Assembly: GCA_049682915.1 (NCBI GenBank)
Contig: JBAUIL010000161.1
Coordinates: forward strand, 1,044 to 65,043
Reading direction: 5' to 3'
Source of the DNA: Ahrensia sp.
GTDB lineage: Bacteria > Pseudomonadota > Alphaproteobacteria > Rhizobiales > Rhizobiaceae
DNA length: 64,000 nt
The position numbers and the translations under genes were made by a program. The number at the start of each line of letters is the position of its first letter. The first letter of the stretch is position 1. Shown piece by piece: positions 49,406 to 58,353 of the stretch. The notes beneath the pieces were generated by a model. The model worked only from the letters and a program-made list of their open reading frames with translations, did not search any database and had not been told where the DNA came from.

Positions 49406-51886
49406 CTAGCCGCGCGGTTTCACACGGCGTGTGGGTGCGGCATTTGCGGGATCTTCGGGCCAAGGATGTTTCGGGTAGCGGCCACGCATGTCGGCGCGCA
49501 CATCGGCCCAGGAGCCGTGCCAAAATCCCGGCAGGTCGAGCGTGCGTTGCAACGGCCTTTGCGCAGGCGACAGAAGTTCGACCAGCAACGGCACTTTGCC
49601 GCCGCCGATGGATGGATGCGTTGCCAGTCCGAACAGCTCTTGGACGCGCACGGCCAGTTCCGGTGGCTGGTCGTCATCACGGTAATGGATCGGGATGCGG
49701 CTGCCGGTCGGCACCTCAAAATGGGTCGGTGCGAGCGCGTCCATCTGGCGGACCAAACCATAGTCGACGCGCGACAAAAGCGCATTGCGCAACTCGTCTT
49801 CGCTGAGTGTGTTAAAGCCGGTATGGCCCGCGAGATAGGGCGCCAACCAAACATCCATATCGGCAATCAGCGTATCATCGTCCATGGCTGGCCATGGCGT
49901 ACCGAGATTGGCGTGCAGCCAATTCAGTCGCGCACGCAAGGCGCGGGTTGGCTTGCCCCATGGCAACAATTCCAATCCATGGGACGCAACGGCCTGACAC
50001 AAGGCATCTACGGTTGCGTCACCCGCCTCAACGGGCGCTGTTGCTTCGGCCAGGGTGAGTTTGCCAAACCGGCGCTGCTGGCGCGCGACAAGCGCCTTGC
50101 GCTTGGTATCGAAGCTGATGTCCAACCGGCTCTCTATCCGCGCTCCCAAGGCGGCGGTGATATCTGCTTCATCAATGGATGCGGCGGAAAGAATGCGGGC
50201 ACGGGCCGCGGTGCCGGTGAGGTCAGCAATGACGAGATAGGGCGCGGCGGCAAGCGGATCGGTTTCTTCCAGCGCCGCCGCACGGCCATTGGCCATGACG
50301 AACTGGCCGAGCTGGCCGCCGCGCGCTTTGGCCAAACGGTCAGAAAATCCATCGAGCAGGAGACGGCCTATGTTGGCCTCGTCGGAATTGGTCTTGTGTG
50401 ATGGTTTGGAGCCGTTTGTCATACGCGCGGCCAAAGCCTTGATGGCCTTGGCGCGGGGTGACGATTCGCGTGCCAAACCTGTCATCCGACGGGCCAGATC
50501 AACGCTGTTGCCGCCCAAACCACGCTCGCCCAATAACAGAGCCAGTTGCGCGCGGCGCACCTCACCCGGCCCGGCGGCAACCATCGCCGCCTCACGCACC
50601 GGCAGGGGCAGCGCGCGCATTTTCTCGCCCAAGGATGTCAGCAGGCCGTTGTGGTCAATTGCGCCAAGCGTCTTCAACAGGTTGCGCGCTTCGGCTAGCG
50701 CAGGCGCGGGTGGCACGTCCAGCAAGCGCAGGCTGGTCAGGTCTGCGACACCGAATGCCAAGCCATCGAGCACCAGCCTCGACAGGTCTGAGTTAAGGAT
50801 CTCGGGCGTCGAAAATTCCGGCAAGGCGCGGGTCGCCGGTTCGGCCCACAGACGGATGGCGATGCCGGGCGCTGTGCGCCCTGCCCGGCCCGCGCGCTGG
50901 TCTGCAGCTGCTTTGGACACGCGGACGGTCTCCAGCCGCGTAACACCAACGCCCGCATCAAAGCGCGGCACACGCGCCAGGCCGCTGTCAATGATGATGC
51001 GCACGCCATCAATGGTGATCGATGTTTCGGCAATCGACGTCGCCAGCACGATTTTTCGCGCGCCATCGGGGGCGGGCTGGATGGCGCGGTTTTGTTCGGC
51101 AATCGGCATTGCACCATAAAGCGGCTGCACAAAACAATGGGCCGGCAAGCGGTCAGTTAGTCTTTCAGCGGTGCGGGTAATTTCGGCCTGTCCGGGCAGG
51201 AACGCCAATATGCTGCCCTGCTCCTGCATGATTGCGGTACGGATAGCGGCAGCGACCGCGTCTTCGACTTTCTCGTCCGCGCTGCGCGGTGCATAGCGAT
51301 GCTCCACCGGATACATCCGGCCCTGGCTTTCGATCACCGGTACATCATCGCCCAAAAAGGGTGCGATGCGCGCGCCGTCCAGCGTGGCCGACATGACCAG
51401 CAGATTGAGGTCTTCGCGCAGCGCTTCCTGCACATCGAGCGCCAGTGCGAGGCCGAAATCGCCATCGACCGAACGCTCATGAAACTCGTCAAAAATGATG
51501 GTGCCAATACCAGAGAGTTCCGGATCATCCAAAATCATCCGCTGCAGCACACCTTCGGTGACGACCAGAATTCGCGTTTGGGGGCTGACACGCCGGTCAA
51601 GCCGCATGGCATAGCCGACACGTTGGCCGGGCTGTTCGCCCAAAAGTGCGGCCATGCGATGGGCCGCCGTGCGCGCGGCAAGGCGGCGCGGCTCCAAAAG
51701 CAAAATGGTTTGGCCATCATCGGCATGGATTGATTGCAACAGATGCAGCGGCACCAAGGTGGTTTTACCGGCACCGGGCGGTGCGACGAGCACGGCACTG
51801 TGGCGACGTGACAGAGCCATGCTGACATCGCCCAGCACCTCGCTCACCGGCAACTGAGGCAGGTCAGCCACCGTGATCAACCGCAT
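49406..51886 (-). CDS. hrpB: ATP-dependent RNA helicase HrpB (DEAH-box)
   Basis: 826 aa with APPGAGKTT, DEFHERS, ATSIAETSITIDGV and QRAGRAGR motifs. The start overlaps the upstream ABC ATPase gene by 8-23 nt, depending on the start codon. Confidence 0.93.
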   Translation of the reverse strand: MRLITVADLPQLPVSEVLGDVSMALSRRHSAVLVAPPGAGKTTLVPLHLLQSIHADDGQTILLLEPRRLAARTAAHRMAALLGEQPGQRVGYAMRLDRRVSPQTRILVVTEGVLQRMILDDPELSGIGTIIFDEFHERSVDGDFGLALALDVQEALREDLNLLVMSATLDGARIAPFLGDDVPVIESQGRMYPVEHRYAPRSADEKVEDAVAAAIRTAIMQEQGSILAFLPGQAEITRTAERLTDRLPAHCFVQPLYGAMPIAEQNRAIQPAPDGARKIVLATSIAETSITIDGVRIIIDSGLARVPRFDAGVGVTRLETVRVSKAAADQRAGRAGRTAPGIAIRLWAEPATRALPEFSTPEILNSDLSRLVLDGLAFGVADLTSLRLLDVPPAPALAEARNLLKTLGAIDHNGLLTSLGEKMRALPLPVREAAMVAAGPGEVRRAQLALLLGERGLGGNSVDLARRMTGLARESSPRAKAIKALAARMTNGSKPSHKTNSDEANIGRLLLDGFSDRLAKARGGQLGQFVMANGRAAALEETDPLAAAPYLVIADLTGTAARARILSAASIDEADITAALGARIESRLDISFDTKRKALVARQQRRFGKLTLAEATAPVEAGDATVDALCQAVASHGLELLPWGKPTRALRARLNWLHANLGTPWPAMDDDTLIADMDVWLAPYLAGHTGFNTLSEDELRNALLSRVDYGLVRQMDALAPTHFEVPTGSRIPIHYRDDDQPPELAVRVQELFGLATHPSIGGGKVPLLVELLSPAQRPLQRTLDLPGFWHGSWADVRADMRGRYPKHPWPEDPANAAPTRRVKPRG

Positions 51887-52556
51887 CCAGATTGATCACC
51901 TCGCCACCGGCAGCTTCCGCATCGGCCACATCATGGGTCACCAGAATAACCGGCAATTGTGATGACTGCGCCTTGTCAAAAACCAGTTGTCGGATTTGGC
52001 CGCGCAATTGCGTATCAAGCTTGGAAAACGGCTCATCGAGCAACAAAAACGCTGGCGCGGATAAAAGCGTGCGCGCCAGTGCAACGCGGGCCGCCTGACC
52101 ACCCGACAGCGTGGCCGGGTCCCGCTCAAACATGCCCTCAAGCCCGATATCAACCAGCGCCTGCTCCACACCGGCACGGCGCTGCGCCCGGTCGCTCACT
52201 GCGGCAGGCATGGCAAACATCATATTCTGGCCGACGCTCATATGCGGAAACAGCAGCGGATCCTGAAACAAAAGCCCGGCACGGCGCGCCTGTGGCGGCA
52301 GATGGGTCAACTCCATATCCCCGCAAAAGACCGCGCCTTCAACATCAAACACGGGATCGAGAAAGCCGCCGACAAAAGCCAAAAGCGTCGACTTGCCCGC
52401 GCCGGACGGGCCCATCACGGTAAGCACTTTGCCCGGTTCAACCACCGTATCGGCGGCCATCAACCGGCGGCCGTTCAAGGCAATATCAACCTTGCGCAGA
52501 ATAAGCGGATCGGCACCATGGTGCGGCAGGTTTTTGGAATTGAGCGTCATCATCAC
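51864..52556 (-). CDS. ABC transporter ATP-binding protein (YnjD/ThiQ-like)
   Basis: 230 aa with GPSGAGKST, LSGGQAARVALARTL and LLLDEPFSKLD motifs. Confidence 0.88.
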   Translation of the reverse strand: MMMTLNSKNLPHHGADPLILRKVDIALNGRRLMAADTVVEPGKVLTVMGPSGAGKSTLLAFVGGFLDPVFDVEGAVFCGDMELTHLPPQARRAGLLFQDPLLFPHMSVGQNMMFAMPAAVSDRAQRRAGVEQALVDIGLEGMFERDPATLSGGQAARVALARTLLSAPAFLLLDEPFSKLDTQLRGQIRQLVFDKAQSSQLPVILVTHDVADAEAAGGEVINLDAVDHGG

Positions 52557-54244
52557 CCGACACTGATCGCGCGACGGTTTCTAAAAATCAATGCCGGGAT
52601 GGCCGTTGCCAGGGCAAAACCGATAAAGGGAAGCGCCATTTGCAGAAAAGCATACACGCCAACGACGCGCCGGTTGCCACCGGTGCCAAGCGCGACGGCT
52701 TCGGTGGTAATCGTTGCAAAGCGACCGGCACCGACCAACAGTGTTGGTAGATATTGACTGACTGAGACGGCAAAACCCACCGCCATCGCCGCCAGAATGG
52801 CGCGCAGCAACATCGGCATCCGCACCCGCCAGAAGATGCGACCCGTCGACACGCCCAGCCCCGCCGCGACGCGTTCGTAGCGTATGTCATAGGCCCGCCA
52901 TGGGGCGGACAGTGACAAAAAAACATAGGGCAGCACGAACACCATATGCGCCAGAACCAGCGCGCCGAATGAGGCGTCCGTATCGGACGCGACGAACAAA
53001 AACTGCAGGCCAAACAGGAAGCCCGTCTGCGGCACCAGCAACGGCAAATAGAGCAGCGCCAAGGCGCGCTGGCCGCCGGTACGGCCTGTTTGCTGCTCCC
53101 GCACCAGACAACCGATCACCAGCAGGGTTGAGATAAGCGTCGCGGTGATGCCGATGGATATTGTCGTCATCAATGGTGTTATGGCACCGGGCAGCGACCG
53201 GTTCCACATGCGCAAGGACAGATTGGCTGGCAGCACATCGGGATAGGTCCACAAGCCCGCAACCGACCATAGGGCCAACACGGCTAGCCCGCCAAAGACC
53301 ACCAAGGCGCTGGCACCGATGGCCAAGAGGGTGAGCCAACGCAGGGCCTGATCCCGCCGGACGCGATACCCGCGCTCCAAAGCAAGCCGTGCCATGAATG
53401 AAGCAAGTTTTTCAAAGCCGATCCAGATCAACAGCGATGCAGCCGTGACACCGATTTGGATGCACGCACCGGCGCAGGCCATAAACCGTGTCTCGAGCAT
53501 TGGATCGTTCATCCATTCAACCAGGCGTACCGGCAAAGTGGCCGGTACGCTCGGCCCCAAAATAATGCTCACGTCGACGACCGACGACGCATAGGCAATA
53601 ACGGCAAACACCGCGAGCCGGATCTGCCGGTAGATCATCGGCCAAGCGGTGAGCAACATACCAATCGTCGCGCCATAGCCGAGCGACTGCGCCAGACTGC
53701 GGGCGCGCTGGGCGGGCACTTGCGGCAAGGCGGCAAGTGTGACCAGCAGCAGAAAAGGGATCTCCTTGACCACCAGCCCGGCGATCAAGGCCAGTCCCAT
53801 CGGATCGTTGATAATCAGCACATCGGGCGGGCTCTGCCAGCCGGTCAACCATGGCGACAACAGCCGTGAGAAGAAACCCGATGGCATGATCATGAAAGCG
53901 AGGCCGAAAGCCGCCGCCGCGTGCGGCACCGACAGAAGTGGCGAGACCAGCGCTTGCAGCGCGCGGAATACCGGCTTGCCGTACCAACCCGCCACAAAAA
54001 GCGCCACCAGCCCTACCGAGATGACGGCAGAGGCCAGCCCGACACCCAGCGCCTGCATGATGGACCGGCCAATGGCGGGTTGCGCGAAAAACGCGCTGAA
54101 ATGTTCGGTTGTGAAATCATGTCCACCCAAGGCGGGCAGATAGCCGATGGCCGGCAAAATGGTACCGGTCAGGCCGAAAAGCATCGGCATGACCAAGAGC
54201 AGAAGTGTCAGCCCCGGCGCCGCTTTAACAAGGCGAAACGCCAT
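52553..54244 (-). CDS. fused double-domain ABC transporter permease (YnjC/ThiP-like)
   Basis: 563 aa with about 12 TM helices. Two tandem permease halves, as in ThiP/YnjC. Confidence 0.82.
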   Translation of the reverse strand: MAFRLVKAAPGLTLLLLVMPMLFGLTGTILPAIGYLPALGGHDFTTEHFSAFFAQPAIGRSIMQALGVGLASAVISVGLVALFVAGWYGKPVFRALQALVSPLLSVPHAAAAFGLAFMIMPSGFFSRLLSPWLTGWQSPPDVLIINDPMGLALIAGLVVKEIPFLLLVTLAALPQVPAQRARSLAQSLGYGATIGMLLTAWPMIYRQIRLAVFAVIAYASSVVDVSIILGPSVPATLPVRLVEWMNDPMLETRFMACAGACIQIGVTAASLLIWIGFEKLASFMARLALERGYRVRRDQALRWLTLLAIGASALVVFGGLAVLALWSVAGLWTYPDVLPANLSLRMWNRSLPGAITPLMTTISIGITATLISTLLVIGCLVREQQTGRTGGQRALALLYLPLLVPQTGFLFGLQFLFVASDTDASFGALVLAHMVFVLPYVFLSLSAPWRAYDIRYERVAAGLGVSTGRIFWRVRMPMLLRAILAAMAVGFAVSVSQYLPTLLVGAGRFATITTEAVALGTGGNRRVVGVYAFLQMALPFIGFALATAIPALIFRNRRAISVG

Positions 54245-54256
54245 GGCTTCACATCA

Positions 54257-55495
54257 TCAGTTAGCAACGCCGTAGCGTGCGGCCCACGCTTCTTCCAGAC
54301 GGCTCATCCAGCTTGGGTGCGGCTCTGAGAGCGCAGGGCCGAGATCTGCCGCAGCCAGTGTGGCAATGCCACGCTCGACGGCGGCAAAGCCTGCCTTGTC
54401 TTCATCGGACAATTTAGCGACAGACAACACGGTCGGATCACCCCACACATTCGGGTCTTCCTTGTGCAGTTGCGCTTCCGGCGACATCAGGAAGTTTGCC
54501 ACCACCAAAGCGCCTTCTTTGGCGGACGCATTGTAGGGAATAGACACGAAATGCGTGTTGGCCAATGTGCCTTCGGGGAAGGTGAACGAGCGCACTGTGT
54601 CGGGCAATTGCTGCTCGGCAATGGCGGCAGATGCGGCGGACGGGTTGAACGCGAAAGTGATTTCCACTTCGCCGTCAGCCAACATTTGCGCCATCGCCGG
54701 GTAGTTTTCAGGGAAGGCCTTGCCCGAGCGCCACGCCACCGCGTTCAGCTCATCGAGATAGTCAAAAAGCGGCTTGGTGATTGCATCAAACTCGGCTTCC
54801 ACGACCGGCATTTGCAGCACGGAGGGGTCTTCGACTTTTTCCAGCAGCACCTGTTTCAGAAAGCTTGAGCCGATAAAATCCGGTGGCTGCGGGTAGGAAA
54901 AGCGACCGGGATTCTGTTTGGCCCAAGCCAGCAATTCATCACTGTTTTGCGGCAGGTCCGCTTCATTGGTACGGGCGCTGTCATAGAAGAAAACGAGCTT
55001 CGCCATGCCCCACGGCGCGGCCATGCCGTCGACCGGCAAGGTGAAATCTGTCACCACGGTAGGCTTTTCTTCAGGGTCGACAAATTGCCAGTTCGGCAAT
55101 TGCTCAACCCAGCCCGGACCATAGAGCAGACCTTCGCGCTTCATGGAAGCGAAGTTCTCGCCATTGATCCAGATGAGATCGATTGTGCCGCCGGAATCAC
55201 GGCCCGCGGCTTTTTCGGTCACGACGGTTGAAACGGCGTTTGCCGTATCGTCCAGCTTGACGTGCTGCACGGTGATGTTGTGGCGCTCCTTGAGGGTTTC
55301 GCCGACCCACTGAATATACGCGTTAATGTTGGCAGCGCCGCCCCACGCGTTCCAATAAACCGTTTGGCCGTCGGCGGCTTCGACCACCGCATCCCAATCG
55401 GCCGGGTTCGGCGACAAGGGCTCGGCATTGATGGTTGTGGTGGTGGCAAAGGCGACCAATGTGGCGGCCAACAGTGTTTTACTGACGATATTCAA
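54257..55495 (-). CDS. ABC transporter substrate-binding protein (YnjB-like)
   Basis: Signal peptide LNIVSKTLLAATLVAFATTTTINA. TTG 55495 is preceded by GGGAG. The track ORF (to 55567) adds a His-rich, non-signal N-terminus. Confidence 0.8.
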   Translation of the reverse strand: MNIVSKTLLAATLVAFATTTTINAEPLSPNPADWDAVVEAADGQTVYWNAWGGAANINAYIQWVGETLKERHNITVQHVKLDDTANAVSTVVTEKAAGRDSGGTIDLIWINGENFASMKREGLLYGPGWVEQLPNWQFVDPEEKPTVVTDFTLPVDGMAAPWGMAKLVFFYDSARTNEADLPQNSDELLAWAKQNPGRFSYPQPPDFIGSSFLKQVLLEKVEDPSVLQMPVVEAEFDAITKPLFDYLDELNAVAWRSGKAFPENYPAMAQMLADGEVEITFAFNPSAASAAIAEQQLPDTVRSFTFPEGTLANTHFVSIPYNASAKEGALVVANFLMSPEAQLHKEDPNVWGDPTVLSVAKLSDEDKAGFAAVERGIATLAAADLGPALSEPHPSWMSRLEEAWAARYGVAN

Positions 55496-55718
55496 TGCAT
55501 CTCGCTCCCGTGCATAGTGGTGGTGGTATTCACCATGGCACCATGGGTGCGTCAATGCAGCAACCAAAACAACGTCTCACAAAGACGTGAAGTTTAACGC
55601 GTTTTCAACAGCGCGATGTTTGTGCGCGCACGCTGTCGGCATTTGCAGCGCAATTGCCTGCCGCTTCGGTGAGATTTGAGGAAGCGTCCCGCATTTTTCG
55701 CTTTGCGAAAATTGCGGT

Positions 55719-55805
<87 letters not shown>

Positions 55806-55821
55806 ACGAAATCGTGAGCGG

Positions 55822-55850
55822 TCTTTAGGCGGGTTGCATGGCCAAGTCAA
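55822..55850 (-). promoter_or_regulatory. candidate promoter of tRNA-Leu
   Basis: On the minus strand: TTGACT (55850..55845), a 17-nt spacer, then TAAAGA (55827..55822). It ends 16 nt upstream of the mature tRNA 5' end. Confidence 0.4.
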
Positions 55851-55941
55851 CGCACTATTGCGCGGTGTTGAGGGTCATTTGTTGAATTTGTATGTCGCCC
55901 GGCGATTGACGGGTCGCGTGGAGTAATGGCACCTGTTTGGC

Positions 55942-56850
55942 ATGACTATTTTTGTTGTTGGATCGATTAATCTGGACATGATTGCGCGGGTGCCACGGCT
56001 GCCGCAGCCCGGCGAAACGCTTGCGGGGCTGTCGTTTGACATGGCGCCCGGCGGCAAGGGCGCAAACCAGGCGCTGGCGGCGCGCCGTGCGGGGGCGGAT
56101 GTGCGGCTGTATGGTGCTGTGGGTACCGACACCAACGCGCAAGCCGCGCTGTCGCTTTTGTCTGAGGCTGGTGTTGAACTGTCTCATGTGCAGCATCGCG
56201 ACACAACGGTGCCGACCGGCGTTGCGTTGATATTGGTCGATGCCGGCACGGGCGAAAATGAGATTGTCGTCGTAGCCGGTGCCAACGGCACAGTGAATGC
56301 CACCTGTGTGGCCGATGTGGTGTTAACCGGTGACGATTGCGTTTTGTTGCAGTTGGAAGTGCCAAGCCCGGCGGTCGGCGCGGCACTCGCCGCGTGCCAG
56401 CAAAGCGGCGCACGGTCTTTGCTGAATATTGCGCCCTATAGCAACGATGCGCCAGGTTTGGTGGCGGACGCCGACCTGACCATTGCCAATGAGACCGAGT
56501 TTGACTTGCTCGCTGACGCCATGGCGTTAGCCGGAACAACGCGCGAGGCGCGCGCGGCGGACTTTGCCCGCCGGACCGGCAAAACGATGGTTGTGACCTT
56601 GGGCGGTGATGGCGCTTTTGCTGCAGGGCCCGACGGCTTGGTGCGGGCGCAGGCACCCAAGATTGAACCGGTTGACACGGTGGGCGCGGGTGACACGTTT
56701 TGCGGCTATCTGGGGACGGCCCTGAGCGAAGGCATGGCGCTTGGTGATGCCTTGAGGCTGGCCTGTGCCTCGGGTGCGGTCGCGTGCCTTCACCGGGGCG
56801 CACAACCGGCCATCCCAACGCGCCAGCGCGTTGCAGATTTTATAGCGTAG
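55942..56850 (+). CDS. rbsK: ribokinase (PfkB family)
   Basis: 302 aa. Contains VVGSINLDM, GGKGANQA, NETEF and the catalytic/ATP motif GAGDTFCGYL. Confidence 0.85.
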   Translation: MTIFVVGSINLDMIARVPRLPQPGETLAGLSFDMAPGGKGANQALAARRAGADVRLYGAVGTDTNAQAALSLLSEAGVELSHVQHRDTTVPTGVALILVDAGTGENEIVVVAGANGTVNATCVADVVLTGDDCVLLQLEVPSPAVGAALAACQQSGARSLLNIAPYSNDAPGLVADADLTIANETEFDLLADAMALAGTTREARAADFARRTGKTMVVTLGGDGAFAAGPDGLVRAQAPKIEPVDTVGAGDTFCGYLGTALSEGMALGDALRLACASGAVACLHRGAQPAIPTRQRVADFIA

Positions 56851-57784
56851 CAATACGCTCGGTCAGCAAATCAAAAAAGCCTTGCGCATCCACATCGCCT
56901 AAAACAAGCGCGTTTTTGGGCCGGTCGGTGACGCCCCACCAGTCGATGACCGTCATGCCCATGGTCAATGCGGAACCGGTCTCCACACTGACATTGCACA
57001 TCCGGCCTGAAAACAGGGATGGTGCGATGAGATAGGCCAGCACACACGGATCATGCAGCGGCCCGCCATCGGTGCCGTATTTGTCTTCATCAAAGCGTTC
57101 GAAGAAATCGATGAGTGCGGCGGCGGCGTCACAGACCGGCGTTTTCTTGGCCAGCAAGGCGTCTACCCGCGCTTGGGTGGTCAGTGCTTTGTGGGTGACA
57201 TCCAGCGGTGCCATGACGATGGGCACGCCGCTTGAAAACACCGTGTCGGCGGCTTGCGGGTCAACATAGATGTTGAATTCAGCGGTGGGTGTGATGTTGC
57301 CGCCTTCAAAGAAACCGCCGCCCATCATGACAATCTCGCGGATTTTCGGCGCAATGTCCGGCGCTTTAACGAGCGCCATGGCGATATTAGTCAACGGGCC
57401 CAATGTGCACAGCGTGACGTGGCCCTCGGGGTGGGCGCGCACAGCGTCAATAATGAAGTCGACGCCATGCTGGGCGCGCGTGGTCATGGTTGGCACGGGC
57501 AAGTCCGGGCCGTCGAGGCCGGTTTGGCCGTGCACATGTTCAGCGGTCACCAACGGGCGCACCATCGGCCGGGCGCAACCGGCGTACACAGGCGTATCAG
57601 CTTTACCGGCGAGTTCGCAGATTTTGAGCGCATTGGTTGTGGTCAGCGCCAGCGGCACATTGCCCGCGACAGTCACGATACCGATAATCTCAAGCTCGGG
57701 GCTGGCAAAAGCCAACAGCAAAGCCAAGGCGTCATCCTGGCCCGGATCGGTGTCAATGATGATAGCGCGCTTTTGGGTTTGCAT
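56840..57784 (-). CDS. nucleoside hydrolase (IUNH family)
   Basis: N-terminal aspartate cluster IIDTDPGQDDALAL; 314 aa. Confidence 0.9.
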   Translation of the reverse strand: MQTQKRAIIIDTDPGQDDALALLLAFASPELEIIGIVTVAGNVPLALTTTNALKICELAGKADTPVYAGCARPMVRPLVTAEHVHGQTGLDGPDLPVPTMTTRAQHGVDFIIDAVRAHPEGHVTLCTLGPLTNIAMALVKAPDIAPKIREIVMMGGGFFEGGNITPTAEFNIYVDPQAADTVFSSGVPIVMAPLDVTHKALTTQARVDALLAKKTPVCDAAAALIDFFERFDEDKYGTDGGPLHDPCVLAYLIAPSLFSGRMCNVSVETGSALTMGMTVIDWWGVTDRPKNALVLGDVDAQGFFDLLTERIATL

Positions 57785-57824
57785 GATCTGCTCTCAATTC
57801 AGGTCGGTGTTAGGCGCTGGTGTG

Positions 57825-57855
57825 CTTGAAATATGGCTTTGGAGCAACCATAAAT
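57825..57855 (+). promoter_or_regulatory. candidate RpoH (sigma-32)-type heat-shock promoter
   Basis: CTTGAAA (57825..57831), a 16-nt spacer, then CCATAAAT (57848..57855), upstream of the hsp20 gene. Confidence 0.35.
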
Positions 57856-57924
57856 AGGTGGTCAGCAGGTGCCAGTGCGGGTTTGCTGACCCGTCGCTTT
57901 TCAGGACATTAAGGGGCCACCAAC

Positions 57925-58344
57925 ATGGCACGCATTACGACTTTTTCTTCACCACTTCTGCTGGGCTTTGACGCGATTGAAAAATCGCTGGAACGCGTCG
58001 CCAAGCAAACCGATGGCTATCCGCCCTATAATATTGAACGACTGGAGCGTGGCGAGCATGATATTTTGCGCATCACCCTGGCGGTTGCCGGTTTTGCCAA
58101 GGAAAATCTCGACATTGCCACCGAAGACAATCAACTGGTCATCCGGGGGCGGCAAAGCGAGGACGGGGAACGCGAATTTTTGCACCGTGGCATTGCGGCG
58201 CGCCAATTTCAAAAAGCATTTGTGCTGGCCGACGGTATGCGGGTTTTGGGTGCCGAGCTGAAAAACGGCATGCTGTCGATTGATCTGGACCGGCCACGCC
58301 CTGAAAAACTGATCAAGAAGATCGAAATCACCAATATAGACTGA
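57925..58344 (+). CDS. Hsp20/alpha-crystallin small heat-shock protein (IbpA-like)
   Basis: 139 aa with YPPYNIERLERGEHDILRITLAVAGF and AELKNGMLSIDL. Confidence 0.92.
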   Translation: MARITTFSSPLLLGFDAIEKSLERVAKQTDGYPPYNIERLERGEHDILRITLAVAGFAKENLDIATEDNQLVIRGRQSEDGEREFLHRGIAARQFQKAFVLADGMRVLGAELKNGMLSIDLDRPRPEKLIKKIEITNID

Positions 58345-58353
58345 GGGGCGCGG

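Noticed and set aside
55594-55609. A CtrA-box-like sequence TTAA-CGCGTTT-TCAAC, and a similar TTAAC-containing pair at 46899..46927.
   Set aside because: It has one mismatch to TTAA-N7-TTAAC, or the wrong spacing, and is a single occurrence. There is no supporting context such as a cell-cycle gene or an origin.
55496-55620. Looked for a TPP (THI-box) riboswitch upstream of the ThiB/YnjB-like binding-protein gene.
   Set aside because: No CUGAGA...ACCUGAUCUGGAUAAUGCCAGCG-like core could be found on the coding strand. The structured elements present do not resemble any riboswitch I recognise.
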